Source: a bacterium
GTDB taxonomy: Bacteria; Patescibacteriota; Minisyncoccia; UBA6257; HR35
Reading direction: 5' to 3'
DNA length: 59,435 nt
Assembly: GCA_041640295.1 (NCBI GenBank)
Contig: JBEQAR010000005.1
Location: forward strand, 1 to 59,435
Shown here in pieces: positions 41,121-51,500 of this stretch. The translations under genes were made by a program, and so were the position numbers. The notes below the pieces were generated by a model, which worked only from the letters and a program-made list of their open reading frames with translations, was not told the DNA's origin and did no database searches. Numbering within the stretch: the first letter of the stretch is position 1; each line of letters begins with the position of its first letter.

Positions 41121-41951
41121 TTATTTTTGTCGTCCAGAAAGTTCTTTCTGCCTTTGTTCTAAGCTTTTTACTAATCTTTTTAAATTTTCTAATCTTTTAT
41201 TTATTTCTTCTTGATCTATTCCCTTAACTAAATTTTTCTTTAGATCGATCTCAGAAATTATTAACTGAATTAAATTAATTACAAATTCTATAAATTTATT
41301 TTCTATTTCGGGATTATCGAATTGTTCTACTAATTTATAAAGATGTTTCTCATCTAAAGCTATATAAATAATTGGAATCCCCTCAAGATATTTAGTAATG
41401 ATTATTTCTTTGCTTTCTTTATCAATACTTAAACCGTATTTTATAACCCCACCTTTGTTCAAATTCCTGTTAATAATATTTTTCTTTTTAGTGATAAATC
41501 TTTGCGACATAGTATCAGCAATATCATCAATAGCCGCAATCACTTCTCCAGTATTTTTATCTAAAATAATATTGTCTACTCCGTTGAAATAATCGTCATA
41601 TTTAGAGGTTCTTACAATAACATAATCTTGACTTAAAATTTTATTGAGTAAAGCTGTTTTATAAATCTCTAAAACTTCACCACTACTAAAATCTATTCCA
41701 ATTGGTTTTTTTTCTTGAAATTGTTGTTCTCTTTCTGATACTTCATTTAAATCTTGATCAATCTCATTTTTATTAATGATTGTTATAAATTTCGCAGGAT
41801 CTATCCTTAAACTATCATCAATTACTAAGTTAGGATAATTTTGGCGTAAATAATCACGGCACCATTCCAAAATTTTTCTAATTCTTTGCTGAGTTTCCTT
41901 TAGTGTTTCTGTATTAATAACAACTCTTTCAGGGTTTTCTCTGTTTACCAT
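41121..41951 (-). CDS. Hypothetical protein with possible PD-(D/E)XK-like acidic motif
   Basis: GEVLE...TSKYDDYFNGVD...AAID. Confidence 0.55.
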   Translation of the reverse strand: MVNRENPERVVINTETLKETQQRIRKILEWCRDYLRQNYPNLVIDDSLRIDPAKFITIINKNEIDQDLNEVSEREQQFQEKKPIGIDFSSGEVLEIYKTALLNKILSQDYVIVRTSKYDDYFNGVDNIILDKNTGEVIAAIDDIADTMSQRFITKKKNIINRNLNKGGVIKYGLSIDKESKEIIITKYLEGIPIIYIALDEKHLYKLVEQFDNPEIENKFIEFVINLIQLIISEIDLKKNLVKGIDQEEINKRLENLKRLVKSLEQRQKELSGRQK

Positions 41952-41957
41952 AATAAT

Positions 41958-42671
41958 TTATTTAATTTCATAAGTAATCGTAACGGTAATTTTTATTTCT
42001 TGAGAGCCAGGTTCAATTTTAGGTGTTGGTATAGATTCAGCCTTTTCAGCTGCAATCCCAAAATAAACTGGCGGTGGCGTGTATAACGATTCAGTAATAC
42101 TTATAATTTTCCCCAATCTGAATCCTGCAGCTTTGGCAATTTTTTCAGCTTTTTCTTTTGCTTCTTTAATTGCATTTTCCCTAGCTTTATCCAAATAAAC
42201 CTTCTCATCTTCAACAGTAAAATTTGGACCTGAAACATTATTCGCACCATTTTTTACAGCACCACCTAAAATTACTCCAACTTTGTTTAAATCCCTAACT
42301 TTTACTGAAAGACTTTGACTAACAGTATAACCAACTATCTCCATAACTTTATCGTAACGATATTTTGGTGTAATTGAATAATTTTCTGTTCTAATATCTT
42401 TTTCATTAATTCCCTGCTCTTTCAAAAAATTTATTACAAGATTAAATCTTTCTGTATTTTCTTTTTGGACTTCAACTAAATTTTTCCCTTCACTGATAAG
42501 ACCAATTTTTAATTCAGCAATATTAGGAATAGCAATTTCTTTGCCCTCTGCTGAAACTGAAAAAGTTCTTTGTGGCTGAATGGTTTTTGAATATTCATAG
42601 ACAAACCAAAATGTTGTTAGAATAAAAAGAAATATTCCGGCGATGATTGAACTTTGCAAACTTTTATCCAT
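41958..42671 (-). CDS. SIMPL/DUF541 family protein
   Basis: VSAEGK...PNIA, GANNVSG, AKEKAEKIA, IEPGSQ. Confidence 0.9.
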   Translation of the reverse strand: MDKSLQSSIIAGIFLFILTTFWFVYEYSKTIQPQRTFSVSAEGKEIAIPNIAELKIGLISEGKNLVEVQKENTERFNLVINFLKEQGINEKDIRTENYSITPKYRYDKVMEIVGYTVSQSLSVKVRDLNKVGVILGGAVKNGANNVSGPNFTVEDEKVYLDKARENAIKEAKEKAEKIAKAAGFRLGKIISITESLYTPPPVYFGIAAEKAESIPTPKIEPGSQEIKITVTITYEIK

Positions 42672-42746
42672 TATTTTTTAAGTGGTTAATAACGACTATA
42701 AAAATTTTAAATCATCTTAAAAATTGCCCAATAAGCAAATTTTAAA

Positions 42747-44087
42747 TTATTTAATAACTTCAATTACTTTATTCACTGGTTTATTTGAACTAATCGTTTT
42801 AATTTCTTTAGTTTTTTCAATTGAAGGTAAAAAATCTCTACCGATAATTTTATCATCATCAAGCCAATAAACATCTAAATCAACAAAAGTATTTTTATTC
42901 CAGAAATAACGAATTTGTTTATCAGGAAAAATAAAAATCATACCATCAAAATCAAGAGAACGCTGACTATCGCAGACTATACGCGGACTACTGCAAAGTT
43001 TAACAAACATTAAACCCTGCTCCCATTCTTTTGGTTCATCGGCAATCTTTAAAAGAAGAGATCTACCATTTAAATCATAGACTAATAAAGGTTCACTAAT
43101 TTTTTCTATTTGAAAATTATTATTTAAATAACTCCATCTAAAATAAATATTTTTAATATTTCGATTTTCAATTTCTAATTCAACTAATCCACCACGCATT
43201 GTTTCTTTTGAAAAATTTTGATCAAAAATAAAGTTACCTAAAGAGTAAAAAATAAATTTATTTTTATACCTTTCGATTTTTTGAACTATGTGTGGATGAT
43301 GACCAATAATTAAATCAGCGCCCAAATCAATTGCCAATCGAGCAAAATATTTTTGTTTTTTATTAGGTTCATATTGATACTCATTCCCCCAGTGAAAAGT
43401 AATTATTAATATATCAACTTTTTTTCTTAATTCTTTGATAGATTTTTTAAAAATTTCTTCATCTAAATAAGCAATCCCTGCTTTATTGTCATTTGCTTGA
43501 ATATTTTTTAAAAATTCACTGAAACCAATAATTCCAATTTTATTATCATACTTTTCTAATATTAAACCACCGTAGGCTTGATTTTTGTTTTTTCCAGCAC
43601 CAAAATAATAAAGATTGTTTTTCTCTAAATTAAATAAAGTATCTAAAAAAGCCTCTTGACCATAATCCCAAATATGATTATTAGCTAAATTAAGAATTTT
43701 AATGTTAGTATCATTTAGAGCAGATAAAATCTTTGGACTCATTCTAAAAGAGTAAATACTTCCTACCTTTACTCCCCTATTAGATACTGGTCCTTCTAAA
43801 TTAACTACCACATAATTAAATGAATTAAGGTAATCTTTAATATTATTAAAAAGACTGGAATAATCTCCATTAAACTTTTTTTCAACTTTAATTTTTACAC
43901 TTCTGTCTAACATTATATCTCCAGCAAATAATAATTTTATTTTTTTATTTTCTTGAGTTGGAGTTGAGATATTAATAGGATTATTGTTAATTGTTTCTAT
44001 GCTTAGTGTTTTATTTTTTATCAATAAAATTAATCCCCAGAAAAGTAAAAAAAATATTAAAACTAAAAATAAGAAATTTTTTTTCAT
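42747..44087 (-). CDS. CapA-family metallophosphoesterase fused to C-terminal DUF192
   Basis: GDIMLDR, NLEG, LANNH, HWGNEY, GHHPH, YSLGNFIFDQ; GLMF...GMIF...FWNKNT...VIE. Confidence 0.85.
   Translation of the reverse strand: MKKNFLFLVLIFFLLFWGLILLIKNKTLSIETINNNPINISTPTQENKKIKLLFAGDIMLDRSVKIKVEKKFNGDYSSLFNNIKDYLNSFNYVVVNLEGPVSNRGVKVGSIYSFRMSPKILSALNDTNIKILNLANNHIWDYGQEAFLDTLFNLEKNNLYYFGAGKNKNQAYGGLILEKYDNKIGIIGFSEFLKNIQANDNKAGIAYLDEEIFKKSIKELRKKVDILIITFHWGNEYQYEPNKKQKYFARLAIDLGADLIIGHHPHIVQKIERYKNKFIFYSLGNFIFDQNFSKETMRGGLVELEIENRNIKNIYFRWSYLNNNFQIEKISEPLLVYDLNGRSLLLKIADEPKEWEQGLMFVKLCSSPRIVCDSQRSLDFDGMIFIFPDKQIRYFWNKNTFVDLDVYWLDDDKIIGRDFLPSIEKTKEIKTISSNKPVNKVIEVIK
42961..42991. repeat. Three degenerate CGCnGACTA 10/11-bp units inside the CDS
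   Basis: cgctgactat cgcagactat a cgcggactac. Confidence 0.6.
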
Positions 44088-44263
44088 AAATTTTTGTTTT
44101 TGCTTAAATTTACTCCTTAAATTATAACAAATAAATTGCTATTCAATTTAAATTTTTCTTTTGTTATTCACAAATTGAATACTTTGGTCAAAAATTAAGC
44201 TTATAATTAAATTAGAAATATTATAAAAATTTATTAGTCGGGATTTATAAACATATTTTAAAA

Positions 44264-44791
44264 ATGGACAAAAAAGCCCAAATATTTTTAGGTCTTTTAA
44301 GGTTGTTTATAGGTTTTATTTTTCTTTGGGCATTTTTTGATAAATTTTTAGGTTTAGGTTTTGCAACCTGTCGTGATTCACAAACACAAATAGTTAATTA
44401 TTTTTGTGAAGAAGCTTGGATTAATGGTGGTTCACCAACTTTTGGTTTTTTAAAATTCGCCACTAAAGGACCTTTTGCTTCTTTTTTCCAATCATTAGCA
44501 GGTAATCCAGTCATTGATTGGTTGTTTATGTTAGGTTTGTTAGGTATAGGCTTAGGTCTATTTTTAGGTATAGCAATGAAGCTTTCAACATTTTTTGGTG
44601 TGGTTATGCTTGCTTTAATGTACCTTGCTGGCTTTTTACCTCCTGATCATAATCCGCTGATCGATGAGCATATTATTTATATTGTAGTTCTTATAGTTCT
44701 TTATTTAACAGATTCAGGAAAATATTTAGGCTTAGGTTTACAGTGGGAAAAAATTGGGATTGTTAATAAATATAGTAACTTACTAAAATAA
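44264..44791 (+). CDS. DoxX family membrane protein
   Basis: LRLFIGFIFLWAFFDK, GGSPTFGFL, NPLIDEHIIY. Confidence 0.85.
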   Translation: MDKKAQIFLGLLRLFIGFIFLWAFFDKFLGLGFATCRDSQTQIVNYFCEEAWINGGSPTFGFLKFATKGPFASFFQSLAGNPVIDWLFMLGLLGIGLGLFLGIAMKLSTFFGVVMLALMYLAGFLPPDHNPLIDEHIIYIVVLIVLYLTDSGKYLGLGLQWEKIGIVNKYSNLLK

Positions 44792-44802
44792 GAAAGTAGA
44801 TT

Positions 44803-46182
44803 TTATTTTTCTATTTTATTCCAATCAAAATTCCAAGGATCATCTTTTCTTTCTGGAGCGATATCTTGATGTCCCAAAATATATTTTATATTGTGTCGAG
44901 ATTTAATATCTTTAATTAATCTATTTAAGCTTGCATATTGAATTTCATTAGGTGATTCATTTTTATGGTAAATTAATTCTATACCAATAGAAAAATAATT
45001 AACACCTGTTCTTCCATCAGGCATTTTGCTTTTTCCGGCGTGATAAGCAATATTTTTCTCATCCACTAATTGATAAATATTACCCTGACGATCAATTAAA
45101 TAATGAGCAGATACACCATAATTTTTATAAATTTGTAAAATTTTATTGACATTATAATAGTCATTACCGAAAGGATTGTAGGATGAATGAATAATAATCG
45201 TATCAATTTCTCTTTGATGATTTTCTTCATATCCCCAACTTATTTTTTTCATTAGATTGTGAATATTTGCTTGAAGGTTAAAATTTTCTACCTTAGTTGA
45301 TTTAATTTCAGAAAATAAAAAATTATTAGCGGTGGTTAAAAATTTCATAGGATCAATTGATTGATTATTAACCTTAATTGATAAATGTAAATGAGGTTCT
45401 AAAGAGTACCCCGTGTTGCCAACCTCACCGATTATTTGTCCTGGTTTAACATATTGATTTTCATTAACATAAATTTTATTTAAATGTAAATACAAAGAAT
45501 AAATACCTCCGCCATGATCAATAATGATAGTATTGCCATAATTAATTAATTTTTTAGCCAAAACTGCTTTCCCTTCATTCATAGCATAGACGGAATCTCC
45601 TAATTTACCATCGAGATCAACTCCTAAATGTTGAACTTCATTATTACCGTTTTTTCTTATATTACCATAATCGCCCACGATTTTAATTTGTTTTAATGGT
45701 GGTTGAAATTTTTGTTTGAAATAAATTTGGTTAGTAGATCTCGAAGTAATGTTATTGACAATTTCATTTTCGTATTTCAGATTATTGACTATTCTTTGAG
45801 GCGTATATCCTTTTTTTTCTAATTCTGGTGTAGTTTTTAGTTCAGTAATTGGAAAATTTCTTTTATAAATCTTTATACTTCTTTCAATTTTTTCATTATT
45901 AGTGAGGTAAATATTTAGTTTATAATTTCCAGGCTTTTCTTTAGCTCCGATGCCTACAAAAGCAATAAACTGATTATCTGTAGTTTGGATAAAGTTAATT
46001 TTTATTTTGCCCAAATAAGCTTCTTGAATAGCTATTTGATTAGGTAATGATAATTTAACAATTAAAACATCACCTTGATATAATTTATCGCTAGAAAGAA
46101 ATAATTTGTAATTTTGATAATCCTGTGCGAAAGCAAAACCTAAAACCAAAATTAAATTTAAGAAAAATATTTTTTTTATCAT
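44803..46182 (-). CDS. Secreted M23 peptidase + N-acetylmuramoyl-L-alanine amidase (Amidase_2) fusion
   Basis: HLGVD, YLHL, HLH (M23); IIIHS, SAHYLIDR, AYHAG, SIGIE, GHQDIAPERKDDP (AmpD-like). Confidence 0.88.
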   Translation of the reverse strand: MIKKIFFLNLILVLGFAFAQDYQNYKLFLSSDKLYQGDVLIVKLSLPNQIAIQEAYLGKIKINFIQTTDNQFIAFVGIGAKEKPGNYKLNIYLTNNEKIERSIKIYKRNFPITELKTTPELEKKGYTPQRIVNNLKYENEIVNNITSRSTNQIYFKQKFQPPLKQIKIVGDYGNIRKNGNNEVQHLGVDLDGKLGDSVYAMNEGKAVLAKKLINYGNTIIIDHGGGIYSLYLHLNKIYVNENQYVKPGQIIGEVGNTGYSLEPHLHLSIKVNNQSIDPMKFLTTANNFLFSEIKSTKVENFNLQANIHNLMKKISWGYEENHQREIDTIIIHSSYNPFGNDYYNVNKILQIYKNYGVSAHYLIDRQGNIYQLVDEKNIAYHAGKSKMPDGRTGVNYFSIGIELIYHKNESPNEIQYASLNRLIKDIKSRHNIKYILGHQDIAPERKDDPWNFDWNKIEK

Positions 46183-46191
46183 ATTTAAATT

Positions 46192-46824
46192 TTAACCTGC
46201 CCTTAATCTCTCTCTGATATGAAATTTTGGATCTAAAAATAATTTTAATAAAGTGATTGCTAATAAAGAAACAAAATTAAGTTTAAACATTAAAATAGTG
46301 AAAAAAACAATAAAAATTGATATATGAACAACCGCTATTCTGTTATAAGGCAATGTAAATAAATATTTTAATGTATATTTTTTATATTCCTCTTTGTCAA
46401 TAAAATTAACCTTAAAAGATATTCCATGGCTAAAGAAATAAAAAAGCAAGCCCATTAGAATTTGGTGTGAAAAATTATAATTTGTAAGCATTATATTTGT
46501 ATTATTAGAGATGCTTTCTGAGAGGATAATAATAACAAAAAGAAGATGACCAAAGACGAATCCTGAATAATGAATCATAAAAACTAATATTAAGCCTATA
46601 ACTTTATAAATATTAATTTTTTTGTAAATACCAACCTTGATCATTTTTAGTACAGTATAGAAGCCAATAGGAATATTTTCTAATGCATAATAAAACAATA
46701 TTTCTGCTGAATTCCAGTTGAAGAAAATTAAACCAATTAATGGTATACTATTAGCTATTAAGAGAGGAATAAGACTCGGATAATATTTTTGATATAAAAT
46801 TTTACTTTTTTTATTATTTTTCAT
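46192..46824 (-). CDS. DUF6498-like membrane protein
   Basis: ANSIPLIG, YALEN, HYSGF, PYNRIAVVH. Confidence 0.65.
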   Translation of the reverse strand: MKNNKKSKILYQKYYPSLIPLLIANSIPLIGLIFFNWNSAEILFYYALENIPIGFYTVLKMIKVGIYKKINIYKVIGLILVFMIHYSGFVFGHLLFVIIILSESISNNTNIMLTNYNFSHQILMGLLFYFFSHGISFKVNFIDKEEYKKYTLKYLFTLPYNRIAVVHISIFIVFFTILMFKLNFVSLLAITLLKLFLDPKFHIRERLRAG

Positions 46825-46888
46825 AATTATTTTTATTTGCTAAATTTTTGTAGAATAACCATTTAAGAACATTTAGTAATTATTTAGT

Positions 46889-47563
46889 CTATTGATTATT
46901 TCCACATATTTTAACAAAATATTCTTTTAATTCATTAGTTACATTTTTACATATTTCTGTACAATATTCTTTTTGATATTTTTTGCTTAAGTTTTTGTCA
47001 TATATTAACAATCCATTTTCTTTGTCAAAAAAATAGGCAACCGCAGAACAACTATCTCCCGTAGAGTTGTAGGCATAATAATTAGCTTGATATACTATAC
47101 CTTGCTCTGGGAGGATTTGAAAATCAAAGCCATATCTACCTGCTCCACCACTTCCTTGGCTTAAAAACATAGTATTTATTTTGTTATCTTCTGTTTTAGT
47201 TTTAATTAATTTTAATTTATTGTTTTTTATTTGAAATAATAAATAAACATCAACCGCTGCTCCACCCCAATCAGCTAATCTAACTAACAATTCTTTTTCT
47301 TGATCTTGGTATAAATCTATTTCTTTCTCAATTTTTATTTCTCCAATTTGTTCTTCTTTCCAAGTAGGTATGTTGTTTAAGATTTCTTTCTTTATTTCGC
47401 CTATTAAAAAAGGATTTCCTTTATTTTTAGTAAATGATTGCCAGAAAAGCATGAAAAAAATTATGAAAAACAGAATTTCGATTACAAAAAATATTGACAA
47501 TGTTATTATTTTGAATAGCTCATATTTCCTTTTTTTATGTTGGTTATAATCTGTTGATTTCAT
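46889..47563 (-). CDS. Membrane-anchored exported hypothetical protein
   Basis: N-terminal TM helix, four C-terminal Cys. Confidence 0.65.
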   Translation of the reverse strand: MKSTDYNQHKKRKYELFKIITLSIFFVIEILFFIIFFMLFWQSFTKNKGNPFLIGEIKKEILNNIPTWKEEQIGEIKIEKEIDLYQDQEKELLVRLADWGGAAVDVYLLFQIKNNKLKLIKTKTEDNKINTMFLSQGSGGAGRYGFDFQILPEQGIVYQANYYAYNSTGDSCSAVAYFFDKENGLLIYDKNLSKKYQKEYCTEICKNVTNELKEYFVKICGNNQ

Positions 47564-47649
47564 TCCATTTATTATAAATTAACTTATAACTTATTTTTAA
47601 TAAAACCATTAAAATTATTAATAAAGTAAAATTACGATAATATTAAAAG

Positions 47650-48444
47650 ATGCCCGAATTACCTGAAGTAGAAACAATCAAAAAATATTTGGATCATTAT
47701 ATTCGAAATAGAAAAATTTTGGCAATAAAAATTTTTAATAAAAAATCTTTCCGAGGTGACAAAAATAAAATAATCAATAAAAAAATTATTGAGGTAGAGA
47801 GAAAAGGAAAAATTCTGATAATCAAATTAAATAATTCTTACGATTTGATGATTCATCTAAAAATGTCTGGTCAATTAATTTATACACAAGATTGCAACGA
47901 AATAACAAGACATACTAGAGTAATTTTTAAACTAAATAGAGGTTGTTTAATTTTTAATGATTTAAGAAAATTTGGTTGGATAAAGATTATTGAAAAAAAT
48001 AATTTAAATCAAGAAATTAATAATTTAGGCAAAGATGCTTTAGAAATAACTTTCAACGAATTCAAAAAAATTTGTTTAAATTCCCAACAAAAAATTAAAT
48101 TATTATTAATGAATCAAAATAAAATTTCTGGCATTGGTAATATCTATGCTAATGAAATATTGTTTTTATCGAAAATTAACCCCTTTCAAAAAGCAAATCA
48201 ACTTAACCATCATCAATTAAAAAAACTTTTTCAGGCAATTAAAACAATTATAAAAAAAGCAATCAGGCACGAGGGGACAAGTTCAAGGCTATATCTTAAA
48301 CCAGATAAAAGTAAAGGCAATTATCAAAATTATTTTTTGGTTTATAATAAAGAAAATGAACTATGCCCAATTTGCCGAACAAAAATTAAGAGAGTAAAAA
48401 TAAATAATAGAAGTACTTTTTATTGTGTTCGATGTCAAATATGA
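47650..48444 (+). CDS. mutM: Formamidopyrimidine-DNA glycosylase
   Basis: MPELPEVET, HLKMSG, GIGNIYANE, CPIC...CVRCQ. Confidence 0.97.
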   Translation: MPELPEVETIKKYLDHYIRNRKILAIKIFNKKSFRGDKNKIINKKIIEVERKGKILIIKLNNSYDLMIHLKMSGQLIYTQDCNEITRHTRVIFKLNRGCLIFNDLRKFGWIKIIEKNNLNQEINNLGKDALEITFNEFKKICLNSQQKIKLLLMNQNKISGIGNIYANEILFLSKINPFQKANQLNHHQLKKLFQAIKTIIKKAIRHEGTSSRLYLKPDKSKGNYQNYFLVYNKENELCPICRTKIKRVKINNRSTFYCVRCQI

Positions 48445-49373
48445 ATCCAGAGTTAAACTTAACTAATAACAACAATAAAAATAATCAAGAAAACCATAGC
48501 AAGGAAAGAATACCTCGAGGCAAAATATTAATTTTTGAACATCAGCCCCACGAGAATGTTTATAATCCCTCAAGACCTTTTATAATTAATGGAGAAAAAT
48601 ATATTTTAGCTAGGGTTGAAGATACTCGAACTAACAGTTCAAAAGTTTATCCATTTGTGTTTAAAAATGGGATTTGGCAAAGAAAAGACTGGCATTTATC
48701 TCAATTTGAATTTGAAGATCCACAAATAACAACTATAAATAATAACTTACTTTTAGTTGTAGTAAGAGTTTTAGACAAAACTGATCCTGATAATTGGATA
48801 ATTAGAAGTGAATTTTATTTTGGACCCAATTTGGATAATCTAAAGAAAATTACTGAAGGACCAATTGGTATGAAAGATATTCGCTTAATAGAATTTGAAG
48901 GAAAAATCGGTGTATTTTTAAGGCCTAAAGTAGGAAGAGACAAAAGAGGTAGAATAAGCTACTTGGAAATTAATAACTTAGATGAACTTCAAGTTATTAA
49001 CCAAAATACGGGAAGAATGATTCAATTACCAATTTCAGACAATGAATGGGTAGGAACAAACGATGTTTATTATTTAGGTAATGGTATTTTAGGCGTTTTA
49101 GCCCATAAAGGCGATCAAGATCAAGAAGGTAATCTTCATTATTGTGCTATTGCTTTTAAATTTAATCCTCAAGATTTTTCAATTTATGATTATCAAATAA
49201 TTGCCCAAAGTAATGATTTCCCACTTAGTGTAAGCAAATCTCCGCGATATGAAGATGTAATTTTTCCTGGTGGATTTGAAAGATTTCATAGAGATAATAA
49301 AGAATTAGAATTGTATACTGGGCTAAGAGATGCCGAAGTTGGCTGTATCCTTATTAAGAATCCATATTTATAA
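48441..49373 (+). CDS. DUF1861 / MTP-type five-bladed glycoside phosphorylase-transferase
   Basis: VYNP, ARVE, EDP, GMKDIRL, DVIFPGG, GLRD; ATG 48441 coupled to the mutM stop. Confidence 0.7.
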   Translation: MNPELNLTNNNNKNNQENHSKERIPRGKILIFEHQPHENVYNPSRPFIINGEKYILARVEDTRTNSSKVYPFVFKNGIWQRKDWHLSQFEFEDPQITTINNNLLLVVVRVLDKTDPDNWIIRSEFYFGPNLDNLKKITEGPIGMKDIRLIEFEGKIGVFLRPKVGRDKRGRISYLEINNLDELQVINQNTGRMIQLPISDNEWVGTNDVYYLGNGILGVLAHKGDQDQEGNLHYCAIAFKFNPQDFSIYDYQIIAQSNDFPLSVSKSPRYEDVIFPGGFERFHRDNKELELYTGLRDAEVGCILIKNPYL

Positions 49374-49395
49374 ATTTTATTAATTTTTGAAATAA

Positions 49396-51081
49396 ATGAT
49401 AGAAATCCCATTTTTATTCAAACTTTCAGTCATATTAGTAATATCACTAATAATTAGTTTAATTCTTAATTTAATAAGACAACCTTTGATAATTGGTTAT
49501 ATATTAACCGGTGTTTTAGTTAGTAGTTATTTAATCTCTTCATTGGAAACTAAAAGTATTGTAAGTATTTTTGCTGAATTAGGCGTTGCTTTTATGTTAT
49601 TTATTGTTGGTTTAGAGTTAAAGTTAAAAGTAATCAAAGAAGTTGGTAGGCAATCAATAATTATTGGTACTCTTCAAGAAATATTTACTATATTAATTGG
49701 TTTTCTGTTTTCATTATTATTAGGATTTAATTATATTGAAGCTTTATATTTGGGTATTGCTCTCTCTTTTAGTAGTACAATTATAATGATTAAACTTATC
49801 TCAGATAAAGGTGATTTAGAAAAGCTGTATGGTAAATTAGCAATAGGATTTTTAATTGTTCAAGATTTAGTTGCCATACTCTTATTGATCATTTTTCCTC
49901 TATTGCCTATTGGTGAAAAAATTATTAATACTGATAATCTAGTTATTTCTTTAATATTAGTAATACTAATTCCCTTGCTAAGTTTTTTGTTTTTCCCATT
50001 AATAGAAAAATTGGTTGTTAGATCGAAAGAAGTTATATTTCTCTTTTCAATTTCCTTTTTGTTATTAATTGCTTCAATTTTCAAAATATTAGGTTTAGGT
50101 TTAGAAGTTGGTGCTTTAATAGCAGGTATGACATTAGCTAATATGTCTTTTAGTTCAGAAATAAAATTTAGATTAAAGCCAATTAAAGATTTTTTTTTAA
50201 TAATTTTCTTTATCTATTTAGGATTTAATGTTTTTGTTCCGTATATAGATAATTATATAATTCCAGCAATAATTTTTTCTTTATTTGTAATATTTGGTAA
50301 TCCTATAATAATGTATATTATTCTTAGACTATTGAAAATTAACCACAAAACATCTTTTACTTTAGGCTTAACTTCTGGTCAAATTAGCGAATTTTCTTTT
50401 ATATTTATCGCTTTAGGAAATAAATTGGGTTATTTAGGTAATGAATTCCTTTCTTTAATATCATTAATTGGCTTAATAACTATTTTCGTTTCTACTTATT
50501 TAGTTTATCATTCCGAAAGTATATTTAATTTTATTTTTAGACGCTTATTCAAGATAAAAGATAAACACAATATTGATGAAAATATTTTAAAAAATGATTA
50601 TGATGTTTTACTAATTGGTTGTGATAGAACAGGTTATAGTTTTTTGGCTAATTTTGAAGAATTAAAAAATAAAATTTTAATTATTGAATATAATTATGAT
50701 AAGTTTAAAAAATTACTAAAACAAGATTATAAAATAATTTACGCTGACGCGAGCGAAATTGATTTATGGGATGAAATTAGATTAGATAAATTTAAATTAA
50801 TATTCTCTACCATTCCTGAATTTGAGATAAATATTTTTATCTTAGAAAATTATAAAAAACTTAATCCTAGGGGAATATTTATTTGTAATTCATCCAATTA
50901 TTTTCATACAATTGAATTATACAAAAAAGGTGCTGATTATGTTAATATGTATCATTTTTTAGGAGGAGAAAAAATAAGCAAACTAATTAAAGAATTTGGC
51001 TTCCAAAACGAAAATTACGAATTAGTTAAAAAAGAAGATTCCGAAAAGATAAAAAATATAATTAATTATTTATCTAATTGA
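49396..51081 (+). CDS. Kef-type cation:proton antiporter (CPA2) with TrkA-N domain
   Basis: GIALSFSST, LIVQD, GQISEFSF, IGCDRTG. Confidence 0.9.
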   Translation: MIEIPFLFKLSVILVISLIISLILNLIRQPLIIGYILTGVLVSSYLISSLETKSIVSIFAELGVAFMLFIVGLELKLKVIKEVGRQSIIIGTLQEIFTILIGFLFSLLLGFNYIEALYLGIALSFSSTIIMIKLISDKGDLEKLYGKLAIGFLIVQDLVAILLLIIFPLLPIGEKIINTDNLVISLILVILIPLLSFLFFPLIEKLVVRSKEVIFLFSISFLLLIASIFKILGLGLEVGALIAGMTLANMSFSSEIKFRLKPIKDFFLIIFFIYLGFNVFVPYIDNYIIPAIIFSLFVIFGNPIIMYIILRLLKINHKTSFTLGLTSGQISEFSFIFIALGNKLGYLGNEFLSLISLIGLITIFVSTYLVYHSESIFNFIFRRLFKIKDKHNIDENILKNDYDVLLIGCDRTGYSFLANFEELKNKILIIEYNYDKFKKLLKQDYKIIYADASEIDLWDEIRLDKFKLIFSTIPEFEINIFILENYKKLNPRGIFICNSSNYFHTIELYKKGADYVNMYHFLGGEKISKLIKEFGFQNENYELVKKEDSEKIKNIINYLSN

Positions 51082-51095
51082 AATATTTATTCCTT

Positions 51096-51500
51096 CTAAT
51101 TGGTTGATTCATTAAGTAAATTTTTTATTTTTTTTATTAACTCATCTAAATCTTCAGATTTATTTATTACCCCTACTGCCCCGATTGATTTTGCAAAATC
51201 ATTGTTGATTGCTTCTCCGCTATCAGTATACTTAAGATTAGTTAGTATTAAAATTGGAGGACATTTTTCTCCTAAATCTTTCTTTAGGTGAACTAATAAT
51301 TCTAAACCATTCATTTCTGGCATAGAAATATCTAATAAAATTAAGTCTGGTAAGTTTTCAAAAATTTTTAATAAAGCTTCTTTGGCGTTGTAAAAACATA
51401 TTATTTCAAAACCCTCTTTTTTTAGAGCGAAAGAAATAACCTCACAAAATGATTTTTCGTCATCGATTAGCATCAATTTTTTAGGCCTTTGCTCGGCCAT
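51096..51500 (-). CDS. Single-domain response regulator
   Basis: IDDE, DLILLDISMPEMNG, ILTN, NK; ATG at 51500. Confidence 0.9.
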   Translation of the reverse strand: MAEQRPKKLMLIDDEKSFCEVISFALKKEGFEIICFYNAKEALLKIFENLPDLILLDISMPEMNGLELLVHLKKDLGEKCPPILILTNLKYTDSGEAINNDFAKSIGAVGVINKSEDLDELIKKIKNLLNESTN

